A stretch of DNA of 64,000 nt. Origin: the human T2T-CHM13v2.0 reference genome, Homo sapiens. The notes beneath the pieces were generated by a model. That model made no database searches. It was given only the letters and a program-made list of their open reading frames with translations, and had not been told where the DNA came from. Location: assembly GCF_009914755.1 (NCBI RefSeq), contig NC_060947.1, one strand, 5' to 3'. Shown piece after piece: positions 40,966 through 56,672 of the stretch. A program made the position numbers and the translations under genes. Positions within the stretch are counted from its first letter, which is position 1. The number at the start of each line of letters is the position of its first letter.

Positions 40966-43900
40966 CTCTTGTATTTATTTCAATTTATTTTATTCTACTT
41001 AGTTGAATTATTGATAAACACATATGACGATTAATCTTCTAAACTCATCTTTCACCACCATCCATATACTTTGAGATGTAGTGCTCCCACTGGTAACATA
41101 TCCAAATGGTCTGCAGTTGGAGTTGGAAGTTCCCCTTTGACCTAAGTGTTATTTAGAACAATATTTTAAAATATTGGTTGCATATTTCTATGAATTTCAA
41201 CTGTTTATTTTTAATTTCTAGCTTTATTTCATAGTAATCAGAGAAGCAGTAGAGGAGGGTGCCAAAATAAAGAATTTCTATCATCAGCATACTCTGTGCA
41301 CATAAAAAAATGTGCAATTACAGCAAATAAACATTAACTACAGGATAAAATATCAGATCTTTCGCATTTTCATGAAATCTAACCTTACTAAATATTTCAT
41401 CTCTTCTATGTTTTCTTCCAAGGTTTCTGCATGCTGTTCCCATGACAATATGCACATTGAAAGAGGGTTATAAAGTCCTAGCATGTAATCCCAGAGGAAT
41501 ATAAATTAACTTTGTTATAGGAGACATGCTTAGGTTGTTCCTGCCTTGTTTACATTTTGTATTTAACAGCACTGTCCTTCTAAACTCTCAAAAAATATAT
41601 ATGCTGAGGAGGCAGAGAAAGATGATGAAATGGAAGTCTTTACCAGTTGCCACCCCACCCCTCAAGTACACCAATTTAACAACTATGTACATTAAAAATG
41701 CACCTTTATGATAACCAAAAATCAGGTGAGCACTCACAGTACTGGTTTTAACTTCATATCATTGAAAGAGGCACTAAACAGCTAGAAAAAAACAGTCTTG
41801 ATTCACCAGTGGCACCCCTCCCCAACCCCACTGCAGCTGCAGCAAGGTGCCAAGACGGTTTAAGTGCACTGCAAGGGGGAGAACACAGCAATTGTGAGGC
41901 TCTGAACTCAGTGATGTTGTATAAGAGCAGAAAGAAAAACCGGACCAAACTCAACTAATGCCTGCCCATGAAGGGAGAATTTAAACCAGCCCTAGCAAGA
42001 GGGGAATCACGCAACCCCAGAGGTCGGAACCTGAGTTCCTGCAAACCTCACCAACCTGGGCTAAGGTACTCTGGGGCTCTAAATAAATGCGAAATGCAGT
42101 CTAGGAAACAAGGACTGCAACACCTAGAAGAGTCTTAGTGAGGGACCGGGGCCAGAGTCAGTGAACTGGGAGGCAGAAGACCTACTGAAACTTCAGCTTG
42201 GGCAGCCAAGGGAGTGCTGGCATCTCCCCTCTCCTCACTTCAGTCCACAAATTTCAAAGCCCCAAAAGAGACTCCTTCCTTCCGCCTGAGGATAAGAGAT
42301 GTAACTGTGGAAAGGACTTTGTCTTTCATCTTGGATGCCAGCTTAGCCACAGCAGGATAGGGCACTCATCAGAGTCCTGAGGCCCTGTTTCCAGGACCTA
42401 GCTCCCAAATGACATTGCTAGACACACGCTGAGCCAGAAGGGAACCTGTTGCCTTGAGGGGAAGGACCTAGTTCTGGCAGCATTCATCACCTGCTAACTG
42501 AAGAGCACCTGGGCCCTGAATAACCAGCAGTGATACCCAGGCACTAGATTGAGGGCTTCGGGTGGGGGTCTGAGCCTTGATGGATTCAGGTAAGACTCAG
42601 CAAATTTCTAGCTGTGGTGACTGTAGGCAAAGACTCCTTCTGCTTGAGAAAAGCAGAGAGAAAGGTAAAGGGGATTTTCTCTTGCACGTTAGGTACCAGT
42701 TTAGCCACAGTGTGTAGAGCACCAAGCAGGCATTTGAAGTCCCCGATTCTGGGACCTGGCTATTAGATGGCATTCCTAGACCTGCTCTGGGCCAGAGAGG
42801 AGTTCATGTCTCTGGAAGGTGAGTCCCAGGCAAGGCAGCACTCACCACATGCTGACTGAAGAGACCTGGCCCCTTAAGGGACTATTGGCAGTAGGCTGGT
42901 AGTATTCCACATGTGCCCGTGGTGGTAGTGGCTATGGGGTGAGGCTCCTCTGCTTTTGGAAAAAGGAGGGAAGAGTAGAAAGAACGGCATGCAGTGGATT
43001 GACTGCCAGCTCAGCCACAGTACAACAGAACACCAGGCAGACTTCTAAAGTTTTTGAATCTAGTCCCTGGCTCCCAGACTGCAACTCTATAACTGCCTGG
43101 GGCTAGGGGGAACTTGCTGCCCTGAAAGGAAGGACAGAGGCCTGGCTGTCTTTGCCACCCACTGATTGTAGAGCCCCAGGGTACTGAGCAAACATAGGTG
43201 GGAGAAAGGAAGTGGTTACAGTAGGCCATGGGTGAGACCCAATGATGCGCTGGCTTCAGGTCTGACCCAGTGCAGTCACAGTGGTAGAGGCCACAGTGGC
43301 GCTTACATCACTCCATGCTCAGCTTCAGGTGGCTCAGAACAGAGAGGGAGAGACTCTGTACATTTGGGAGAAACTAAGAGAAGAGAACAAGAGTTTCTGC
43401 GGATAATCAAAAGAATTCTCCTGAATCTTGTCCAAGACCTTCAAAGCAGTACCTCTATAGGTCTGCAAGAACAACAGTGTTACTGTGCTTGGGGTGCCCC
43501 CTAAAGCAGACACAGCTTAGATCAGAACACCCAAGTCCTTTAGAATATCTGGAAAGCCTTCTCAAGAAGGACAGGTACGAACAAACCCAGACAGTGAAGA
43601 CTGCAATAAATATGTAACTCTTCAATGCCCAGACACAGATGAACATCTACAAGTATCAAGATCATCCAGGAAAACATAAACCCAACCAACTAACTAATAA
43701 GGCACCAGTGGCCAATCCTAAGGAAACAAAGATATCTGACCTTTCAGACAGAGAATACAAAATAGTTGTGTTGCAAAAACTCAAAGAAATGCAAGATAAC
43801 AAAGAGAGGGAATTCAGAATTCTATCAGAGAAATTTAACAAAGAGAATGAAATAATTTAAAAGAAGCAAGCAGAAAATTTGGAGCTGAAAAATGAAATAG

Positions 43901-46900
43901 GCATACTAAAGAGTGCATTACATTTTTTAAATAGCAGAATTCTTCAAGCAGAATAAAGAATTAGTGACCTTAAAGACAGGCTATTTGAAAATACCCAGTA
44001 AGAGGATAAAAAACAAAAAAATAAAAATAGAAAACAAGGAAGCACACCTACAGGATCTAGAAAATAACTGCAAAGGGGAAAATCAGAGCTAATGGCCTTA
44101 AAGAGGTGGTAGAGATTGAGTTAGAAGTAGAAATATTATTCAAAGTGACAATAAGAGAGAATTTTTAAACTTAGAGAAAGATGTTAATATCCAAGTACAA
44201 AAAGGTTATAGAGCATCAAGCAGATTTAACCCAAAGATGCTTACCTCAAGGCATTTAACAACCAAACTCCCAAAGGTCAAGGATGGAGAAAGGATCCTAA
44301 AAGCAGCAAGAGAAAAGAAAAAAAATGTGCAGCGGAGCTCCAATACTTCTGGACATCTCAGTGGAAATCTTATAAGCTGGAAGAGAATGGCATGGCATAT
44401 TTAAAGTGCTGAAGGAAAATACTTTTACCCTAGAATAATATATCTCGTAAAAATAACCTTCAAACATGAAGGAGAAATAAAGACTTTCTTAGACAAACAA
44501 AAGCTGAGGGATTTCAGCCACACCAGACCTATCCCACAAGAAACACTTAATGGAGTACTTCATTCAAAAATAAAAAGATGTTAATGAGAAATAAATCATC
44601 TGAAGGCGCAAAACCCACCGGTAATAGTAGCTAAACAGAAAAACACAGAATATTGTAACACTGTAAATGTGGTATGTAAACTATTCTTATCCTTAGTAAA
44701 AGACTAAACTATGAAACAGTCAAAAATAATAATGACAACAATCTCTGCAGACATAGACAACACAATAAGATGCAAACACTAAGTACAAAAGGTTAAAAAG
44801 TAGGTAACAAAGTTAAGGCACAGTTTTTATGAGTTTTCTTTTTGCTTGCTGGTTTGATTGTTTGTCCATGCAAACAGCATTATTATCGGCTTAAGATAAT
44901 GGGTTACAAGACAGTATTTCCAAGCCTCATTGTAACCTCAAACCAAAAAACTTACAACAGACACACCAAACATGAAAAGCAGGAAATTGAATCATATCAC
45001 CAGAGAAAATCACCTTCACAAAAAAAAGAAAGGAAAGAAGGAAAAAATTAAAAAGCCAGAAAACAAATAACAAAATGGCAAGAGTAAGTTCTTACTTACC
45101 AACAATAACACTGAATATAACTTTACTAAACTCTCCAATCAAAAGATATGAACTAAAATTTCCAATCAAAAAACATACACTGGCTGAATGAATTAAAAAA
45201 GTAAGACTCACTCACCTGTGGCCTAAGAAAAATACAGTTCACCTATAAAGGCACACATATACTAAAAATAAAAGGGTAGAAAAAGATATTCCATGCACAT
45301 GGAAACCAAAAAAGAAAGAGAAAGAGTAGCTATACTTACATCACAGAAAACAGATTTCAAGACAAAATCTATAATAAGAGACAAAGAGGAACACTATATA
45401 ATAATAAAGGAGTCAATTCAGCAAGAGGATATAACAACTTTAAATACATATGCACTCAATAAAGGAGTCCCCAGGTAGATGCAGCAAGTATTATTAGAGC
45501 TAAAGTAAGAGATAGACTCCAATACAATCAGAGCTGCATACTTCAACACCACACTTTCTTCATTGGACATATCTTCCAGACAGAAAATAAACAAAGATAC
45601 ATTAGACTTATCTGCGCTATAGACCAAATGGATCTAACAGATATTTACAAAACATTTCATCCAATGGCTGCAGAATATACATTTTTTTTTCCTCAGCACA
45701 TTGATCATTCTCAAGGACAGACCATATGTTAGGTCACAAAATATGTCTTAAACAATTGAAATTATATCAAGCATCTTCTCTGACCACAATGGAATAAAAC
45801 TAGAAATCAATAATAAGAGAAATTTTTGGAAACTATACAAACACATGGAAATTGAACAATATGCTCCTGAATTATCAGTGGGTCAATAAAAAAATTAAGA
45901 AGCAGATTGAAAAACTCCTTGAAACAAGTGACATTGAACATACAACACACTAAAACCTATGGGATGCAGCAAAAGCATCCTTGGTCTATGTATCCTTGTT
46001 TGCAGATGATATAATCTTATATTTGGAAATATCTAAAGACTCCACAAAATAACTATTGGAATTATAAAACAAATTCAGTAAAGTTGAAGATACAAAATTA
46101 CTATGCAAACATCAGTAGCATTGCTATATGTCAACAGTGAACAATGTGAAAAAGAAATTAAAAAGTTATCCCATATTCAATATTGAGAGAAGTTTATAGC
46201 TATCAGAACCTATATCAGAAAAGAAGAAAAACTTCAAATAAAAAATCTAAAGATGCATCTTAAAGAACTAGAAAAGTAATAGTGAACTAACTTCAAAATT
46301 AGCAGAGGAAAAGAAATAATGAAGATCAGAGCAGAAATAAATGAAATTGAAACAAAAATATACAAAAGATCACTGAAACAAAAAGTTGGTTTTTTGAAAA
46401 GTTAAACAAAATTGACAAACCTTTAGCCAGACTAAAAAAAAAAAAAAAAAAGAGAGAAGATCTAAATAAATCAAATCAGAAATGACAAAGGCAATACTGC
46501 AACTGATACTGCAGAAATTCAGAGGATCATTAGCGGCTACTATATGCCAGTATATGCCAATAAGTTGAAAAATCTAGAAAAAATGGTCAAATTCCTAGAC
46601 AGGAACAACCCACCAAGATTAAATCAGGAAGACATCCAAAATTTGAACAGACCATTTCCAGTAATGAAAGCCCAGGACCCAGTGGCTTCACTGTTGAATT
46701 CCACCAAACATTTAAAGAACTAACACCAATCCGACTCAAATTATTCCAAAAAAAAATAGAGGAGGAGAGAATACTTTCAAATGCATTTTGTAAGGCCAGT
46801 ATTACACTGACACCAAAACTAGACAAAGACACATAAAAATAAATAAGTAAATAAATAAATAAACTAACTACAGACCAATACTTCTGATATATATGGATGC

Positions 46901-47441
46901 AAAAATCCTCAACAAAATACTAGCAAACATAATTCGACAATACATTAAAAACATCATTAATCATGACCAACTGGGATTTATCTTCGTGATACACGGATGG
47001 TTTACCATATGTAAATCAATCAACGTGATACATCAAATCAGCAGAATGAAGGAGAAAAACCATATGATTATGTAAATTGAGGCTGAAAAATTATTTGATA
47101 GAATTTAATATCCATTCATGATTAAAAAAAAACCCTCAAAAGACTGGGACTAGAAGTAACATACCTCGACTGTACCAACATGGTGGCGCCCAGGTCCTAA
47201 TTTGAGAAACGTGCATCTTGACTAATTCGGTTTTCTGTGGTTACGAGAGAAGAGCCAGGTTTATCGCGAGGGGCAGTCCCCAGGGCTGCCGAATCCAGCA
47301 GCGATGGAGAGCGGCACCGGGCCCTGCGGAGAAGAGCGCCCACGTGAAGTCCAGCAGACGACAGTCACTGAGGGGGCTGCCAAAATCCCAGCGCCAACGA
47401 GGTCTTTTATAACCTTGTGCAGGAATTCAGTCGGGACATGA

Positions 47442-47786
<345 letters not shown>

Positions 47787-47789
47787 TGA

Positions 47790-48227
<438 letters not shown>

Positions 48228-49020
48228 TGAGTGGGCTGCGGGTGCTTCCACCTTCAGCGCCTCGGCAAAGCGTCAGGAGTCCCCCGCGGCCGGGTCAAGT
48301 CCTCTGTAGCCTGTGTTCCCCCCGTGACCCCGAGCGTGAACACTGTGGGCAGCGACACCAGCTTGGTTGCTCCATGTGGGCAGAGCCCATCCATGACCTG
48401 GATTTCGTGGGCTGTGTCCTAGAGGCTGTGAGCGCTAACCCCGGCCGCTTCCACACCTCGGAGCGGATGCCAGAGGGTCCTGAGCGTCATGACTGAGGAG
48501 CTCCCACAGGTGCCTCTGTACTACACCCTGGACCAGCTGAGCAGCACCATCCTCTGCAACACGCCCAGCCTCCTGCCGTGGCGGTCGGCCCTCCTCCACG
48601 CTCACTTCCGGGTTTCGCTCTCCCACGCCTGTAAGAACGCTGTGAAGACGTATGCCCCGCCTCCGCCCTCTGAAACATCATGCGCTGCTGGAAGAAGGAA
48701 TGTCCGGTGAAACAGGAGCGACTCTCAGAGACCAGCCCAGCGTCCCGCATTCTCAGTGTGGAGCCCAGGCTGCAGGCCAACTTCACCATCCGGGAAGATG
48801 CCAACCCCAGCTCCCGCCAGCGACGACTCAAGCGCTTCCGGGCCAACCCGGAAGCCAACTGGAGCCCGCAGCCTCATGCCTGGCCAGGGAGCAAGGCTGC
48901 TGGCGAAGCTATGGAGGAGAGACGCAGGCTGCTTCCTAAGGAGTGGAAGGAGCCGCCTGAGGACAGGGCCCAGCGAGCTGCCCTGCTCAAGACATTTCCT
49001 TGCAAAAGGGTTAAGGAGGG

Positions 49021-49891
<871 letters not shown>

Positions 49892-51789
49892 CTAGCATCA
49901 CATTGAGTGGGGAAAAGATGAAAGCCTTTCTTCTAAGATCTGGGACATAAAAAGGTTGCCCACTTTCACCACTGTTATTTAACATAGATTTCAAAGTCCC
50001 AGCTAGAGCCATCAGACAAGAGAAAGAAACAAAGTTCATCCAAATTGGAAAGGAAGAAGTCAAATTATTTTTGTTTGCAGATGATATAATCTTATATTTG
50101 GAAAAATCTAAAGACACCACAAAATAACTATTAGAATTACTAAACAAATTCAGTAAAGTTACAGACACAATATCAATATACAAACATTTCCAGGTCATTG
50201 GTCTAAGCAAAAATTTATTGAGTAATACCTCACCAACACAGGTAACCAAAGTAAAAGTGGACAAATGGTATCACATGAAATTTAAAAGCTTCTGCAGAGT
50301 AAAGCTTACAATAAACAAAGTGAAGAGTCAACCCACAGAACTGGAGAAAATATTTGCAAACTTCCCAAATTCAAACAACTCTATGGGGAAAAAAAAACGA
50401 ATAAATCTATCCCCAAATCCCAAAATGGGCAAAAGATGTGAAAAGATATTGCTCAAAAGAAGACATAAAAATGGCAACAGGCATATGAAAAGGTGTTCAA
50501 CATCATTGATCATCAGAGAAATGCAAATCAAAACTACAATGAGATATCATCTCATCCCAGTGTAAAATGGCTTATATGCAAAAACAGGCAATAACAAATG
50601 TTGTGAGGAAGTGGAAAAAAGGGAATGCTCGTACACTGTTGGTGGAAATGTAAATTAATGCAACCCCTTTGGAGAACAGTATGGAAGTTCTTCAAAGAAC
50701 TAAAAATAGAGCTACTGAATCATGCAGCAATCTCGCTACTGTGTACATACCCAAAAGAAAGGAAAGCAGCATGTTGCAGAGATATCTGCACTTCCATACT
50801 TCTTGCAGCACTGTTCACAATAGCCAAGATTTGGAAGAAATCTGTGTCCATTGGGTAAAGAAAACATGGTACACATACACAATGGAGTACAATGCAGCCA
50901 TAAAAAGGAATGGGATCCAGTAATTGCAATAACATGGATGGAACTGGAGGTCATTCTGTTAAATGAAATAAGGTACAGAAAGACAATCATTGCGTGTTTT
51001 CACTTATTTGTGGAACCTAAAAATCAAAACAATTGAACTCATGGAGATAGAGAGTAGAAGGATGGTTATCAGAGGCTGCAAAGGGTAGTGGTGGTTGAGG
51101 GGGAGGTGAGGATTGTTAATGGGTACAAAAAAATAGAAAGAATGAATAAAACCTACTATTTGGTCTCTTAACAGGGTGACTATAGTCAATAATAATGTAA
51201 TTACACATTTTAAAAATAACTAAAAGTATATAATTAGATGTTTTGTTACACAAAGGATAAATGCTTGAAGAAATGGATACCCTATTTTCCATGATGTAAT
51301 ACTTGAACCAAAGTATCTCATGTACCCCATAAATATACACACCTGCTATGTATCCACAAAAATTTAAGATAAAATTTTTAAATAAAAAGAGAAATGTGAC
51401 ATATATATTATGTGATATATAGATCCACAAGTTTGCTAGGGGCTGATGGCAGTTTGAGCTCTCTGATTCTCATTAGTCTTTGATGTTTGGACTGGTAGTC
51501 CCTTTTCTCAGGAGCTTTAATCAAAACAATGTCCTTTCTCATCACTCTAGCCAGGAACTGTGAAGCTAAGTAAGGCCAAATCAATCTCCCTGCCCTTAAT
51601 CTTGTATGTATTCCTAAGTGTGAATTGCCTACTACTATTTAATAGTCCTGTAGGATAAGTCTGATATCAGAATTTAGACTGCATTTCATCCTTGTTCTAC
51701 TTGGAACTTTTTATGATTTCCCTCCTCCACTCCCCTCCAAGCTTAACCTCATCTCCTTTCCCCTCTCCTCTCTTTTCATCCCCACTCAT

Positions 51790-51802
51790 GTACATATATA
51801 CT

Positions 51803-51833
<31 letters not shown>

Positions 51834-51918
51834 TATATATCCACACACACATATACATATATATCCACACACACACACATATACATATATATCCACACAC
51901 ACACACACACATATATAT
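51790..51918. repeat. Compound CA/TA microsatellite with a higher-order unit
   Basis: (ca)n-tatacatatatatc repeated three times. Confidence 0.9.
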
Positions 51919-51939
51919 GAGTGCTAAATAAGAGATTAT

Positions 51940-53849
51940 AAGGAGAATATTTGACAATTAATAGGTAAATAAGTGACCATTGACTAGTAGCGATTATTAA
52001 GGCAGTTAGCATTTATTTTAACTCTCCATCCCAAAATAACAGAATATATATTATTCTTATCTGCACATTCACGTACTCTAAAATAGACCACACAATCAGA
52101 CATAAAACAATCAAGTACTGAAATTGCTGGGTCAAATGGTATTTCTGTCTTTAGGTCTTTGAGGAATTGCCAGCTGTCTTCCACAATGGTTGAACTAATT
52201 TACACTCCCACCAACAGTGTAGAAGTGTTCCTTTTTTTCCACAACCCCACCAGCATCTCTCATTTTTTAGCTTTCTTATAATAGCCTTTCTTACTGGTGG
52301 AAGATGGTATCTCACTGTGGTTTTGATTTGCATTTCTCTAATGATCAGTGGTGTTGAACTTTTTTCCATATGATTGTTGGCTGCATGTATGTCTTCTTTT
52401 GAAAAGTCTCTGTTCATGTCTTTTGCCCACTTTTTAATGAAGATGTTTTTTACTTGTAAATTTGTTTAGGTTTCTTATAGAGGCTGGATATTAGACTTTT
52501 GTTGGATGCATAGCTTGCAAAAATTTTATCTTATTCTGTAAGTTTTCTGTTTATTCTGTTGATATTTTCTTTTGCTGTACAGAAACTCTTTAGTTTAATT
52601 AGATCCCATTTGTCAATTTTTGCTTTCATCGCAATTGCTTTGGGCATCTTTGTCATGAAATGTTTGCACGTGCCTGTGTCCTGAATGTTATTGCCTAGGT
52701 TGTCTTCCAGGGTTTTTATAGTTTTGGGTTTTACATTTAAGTCTTCAATTCATCTTGAGGTGATTTTTGTATATGGTGTAAGAAAGGGGTCCAGCTTCAA
52801 TTTTCTGCATATGGCTAACCAGTTAACCCAGCACCATTTATTGAATAAGAATTTCTTTCCACATTGTTTGTTTTTGTCAGCTTTGTCAAATATCAGATGA
52901 TTGTAGGCATATGGCCTTATTTCTGGACTCTCTATTCTGTTCTGTTTGTCTGTATGTCTGTTTTTGTATCCGTACCATGCTGTTTTGGTCACTGTAGCCC
53001 TGTAGTATAGCTTGAAGTCAGGTAGCATGATGTCTCCAGCTTTGTTTTGTTGCACAGGATTGCCTTGGCTATCCAGGCTCTTTTTTTTTGTTACATATTA
53101 GTAGGAGCTAAATGATGAGAGCACATGGACACATAGAGGGGAACAGCACACACTGGAGCCGTTTGGAGGGAGGACGGTGAGAGGAGGGAGGGGATTAGGA
53201 AAAATGACTAATGGTACTAGGCTTCATACATGGTTGATAAAATAATCTGTACAACAAACCCCCATGATACAAGTTTACCTATGCAACAAACCTACACTTG
53301 TACCCCTAAACTTAAAAGTAAAAAGAAGACTATCCAAAGCAAATTATAAGAATTAGAAATTATACCAAACACACTCTTGGACCACAGTGCAATAAAAATA
53401 GACATCAATGCTAACAAAATCACACAAATCCATACAGTTACATGGAAAGTAAACAACTCGCTCCTGAATGACATTTGGGTAGATAATCCAATTAAGTTAG
53501 AAATCAATTAATACTTTGAAACTAATGAGAACAAAGATATAACATACCAGAATGTCTGGGACACAGTCAAAACAATGTTAAGAGGGAAGTTTATAGCACT
53601 AAACGCCCACATTAAAATGTGAAAAAGATCACAAGTTAACAATCTAACATCATACCTAGAGGAACTAGAAAAACAAGAGCAAACCAACCCAAAAGCTAGC
53701 AGAGGAAATAACCAAAATCAGAGCTGAATTGAAGGAAATTGATACATGAAAAAAACACACAAAGGATCACGAATCTAAGGGTTGGTTCTTTGAAAAAAAA
53801 AAAATAATAAGATAGAAAGACCACTAGCAAGACTAATAAAGAAAAAGAG
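51940..53849 (+). mobile_element. L1P ORF2 endonuclease-region fragment, interrupted at ~52116-53325
   Basis: ctctaaaatagaccacacaatcagacataaaacaatc resumes as gcaaattataagaattagaaattataccaaacacactcttggaccacag. Confidence 0.75.
52116..53325 (+). mobile_element. 5'-inverted L1PA insertion (inverted ORF2 piece 52116-53095, sense 3'UTR ~53100-53325)
   Basis: Minus-strand ORF2 peptides ([35 protein letters not shown]) directly followed by a sense 3'UTR and A tail. Confidence 0.8.
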
Positions 53850-56672
53850 GGGGAGTGGCCAAGATGACTGACAAGAAGCAGCTAGTGTGCATGGCTCTCA
53901 TTAAGTGAAACAGAAGGGGCAAGTAAACACAGCACCTTCAACTGAAACATCTAGGTACTCACATTGGGGCTAATCAAGGAAACTACTTGACCCACAGAGA
54001 ATAAAGAAAACAAGACAGGACAATGGCCCATCCAGGAGCAACATGGAGCCAGGGAATCTGCCCCTCACCCAGGAAAGTGGTGAGTGAATGTGTGACCCCA
54101 GGAAACCATGCTTCTCCCATGGATCTTAGCAACCTTCAGGTCAGGAGATATCCTTGTGGACCCACTCCATCAGGGCCTTCGGTCTGACAGATGGAGCTAT
54201 GTGGATTCCTGGCAGACCATCAGCTCAAGCATGCATGGAGAACTTGGAGCCTTACATACTTGGGCATTCTGGAAAAAGTAGTTGCAGCTCTGGAAAAGTG
54301 GGAGGTTATATCCCTGCACATACCTCTAGGTAGGAGGCTGAATCCAAGAGGCCGAGCAGAAACATCCTGCAGGCTTCACTTCCATGGCACCTCACAAGGT
54401 GAGATCCACTAGCTTGGAATTCCAGCCAGCTACCAGTAGTGGTATTGCACCTCCATAAGAAGGAGATCCCAGGTGGAGGGGAGCTGCCATCTCTGCTGTA
54501 TGGGAGACTTAGCTGTTTCAGCCTTTGGCCATTGAATAGCTCGAGCTGACCAGGGGAAAAGGGATTCCCCAGTACAGCATAGCTGTTCTACCAAAACGTG
54601 GACAGACTGCTTCTTTAAGTGGGTCCCCAATCCCATTCCTCTTTCACTGAGTGGGACTTCCCAATGGGTGCCTCCAGCCACCCCTGTCAGTATTCTGCAG
54701 CTGGCTGACAGAGATTTATAACCTCCCTGGCACCAAGCTCCCAGAGGGAGGGGCAGGGCATCATCTTTGCTGTTTGGGTGACTTAGCCTTTCCAGCTTTC
54801 ATGAATCTGAGTGTGCAAGGCAATTAGAGACTGAAGTGGACCCCCAGCACAGTACAGCTGTTCTACCAAAACACGGCCACAGTGCTTTTTTAAGCAGGAC
54901 CCCAATCCCATTCCTCCTCACTAGGCAGGACCACCCAACCTGGCCTTAGGGCCAGGAACAGGCCCATGCCTCCCTGGGGCAAAGCTCCAAGAGGGAGGGA
55001 CAGGCTGCCCTCTTTGATGTTTCACAGCCTTCACTAATGATGCTTCCAGGTACTGAAAAATCTGAGATGACAAGAGACTGTAATGGGTCCCAAGCATATA
55101 ACAGGAACCCTACAGAAAAGCAGCCAAACTGTTATGTGGGTGCTCATTCCCATATCCCCTCAATGGTCAGGTACTCCAGGCCTGGGCCTCGAACCAACCC
55201 ACACCAGAGCTATCAAGCCAGTAGCAACTTGGCAACTCCCCAGACAGAGCCTCCAGGGGCAACTAAAAGCCCCTCTGCCACTGCCTCTGCAGTGGAACTG
55301 CACTTGCCACCCTTGGACTAATGAATGAGCAAAGACCCTAAGTGCCTTATCCATACTTCCAACAAGCTGCAGCCGATCCAAGGAGAAGAGGTCAGTCAGT
55401 CTCCCTCAGGTCCCACACACGACCCACTGCACATCCCCAGAGAGGGAACCCTTGACTTAGGACAACAGCACAGACCCTCCACCCTGGGCCGATTGCTCTG
55501 AGTGATTGCTGACCTGCATCACTCTGGGGTGGAGCCCCCAGCAGACAAGCAAACAACCCTCAGCCACAAGCAGTACTAAGGTCCCTTCCTTTGCTGCCTC
55601 CAAGTTGAGGAAGGAACATAAACACCAAGATTTTCACAAAGCTGCTGTGGGCGGCCCAGGAGTGTCAAGTTATGATCTACAGCCAGCACTCAAGGGGGAG
55701 AACAATCCACACATTTGGAGCATTGAGAGGGAACACAGCTGCAACAGTGAGGAAACATAGGGGAGCCACACAACTGAGCAAGAGTCTACCAACTGACCAA
55801 TAAGCCTAAGTGCCACTTGCTGGATCACACCTCAAAACTTCAACATCAAAATACCTAACATAAGCCCTCTGAAACCAGAGACAAGAAGTCAGCTTCAAAT
55901 AAAGACTCTGCACAAAGCCTCAGCCTGCTGAAAATATCCAGAAAAGAAGTCTATTAACTCTACTCAATCTACACTGCAGTTAAAGGTACACTCACACACA
56001 GAAATGAGAATGAATCAATGCAAGAACCCCAGTAACTCAAATGGCCAGAGTGTGTATGTCCTCCAAATGATCACACCTATTCTCCAATGAGAGTTCTTAA
56101 CCATGCTGAACTGGCTGGAATGACAGAAATAGAATTGAGAGTATGGATAGACACAAAAATTATTGAGATTCAGGAGGATGGTAAAACCCAATCCAAGGAA
56201 AATAGGAATGATAACAAAGTGATACAGGAGCTGAAGGATGAAATATCCAGTATAAAAAAGAACCTAACAGATCTGACAGAGCTGAAAAACACAATACATG
56301 AAATTCACAATGCAATCACAAGTATTAACAGCAGAATAAACCAAGCTGATGAAAGAACTTAAAAGACTGGTTCTCTGAAATAGGACAGTCAAAAAAAAAA
56401 AAAAAAGAAAAAAGAATAAAGAGCAATAAACAAAAACTCTGCAAAGTATGGGATTATGTAAAAGGCCCAAATTTATTAATCATTGGCATCCCTGAAAGGG
56501 AGGAGGAGAAAGTAAACAACTTAGAAAGCATGTTTCAATATATCATCTATGAAAACTTTTCCCCAACATTGCTAGAGAGGCCAACAGTCAAATTCAGGAA
56601 ATAAAGAGAATTCCATCAAGATTCTGCACAAGAAGATCATCCTTAAGACATGTAATCATCAGATATTTCAAG
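53850..56672 (+). mobile_element. L1P4-type 5'UTR and partial ORF1
   Basis: gggagtggccaagatgactgacaagaagcagctagtgtg 5' end; ORF1 remnant at 56087-56362. Confidence 0.85.

Noticed and set aside
51790-51918. Regularly spaced repeats superficially like a CRISPR array
   Set aside because: Low-complexity microsatellite with no unique spacers, in mammalian DNA.
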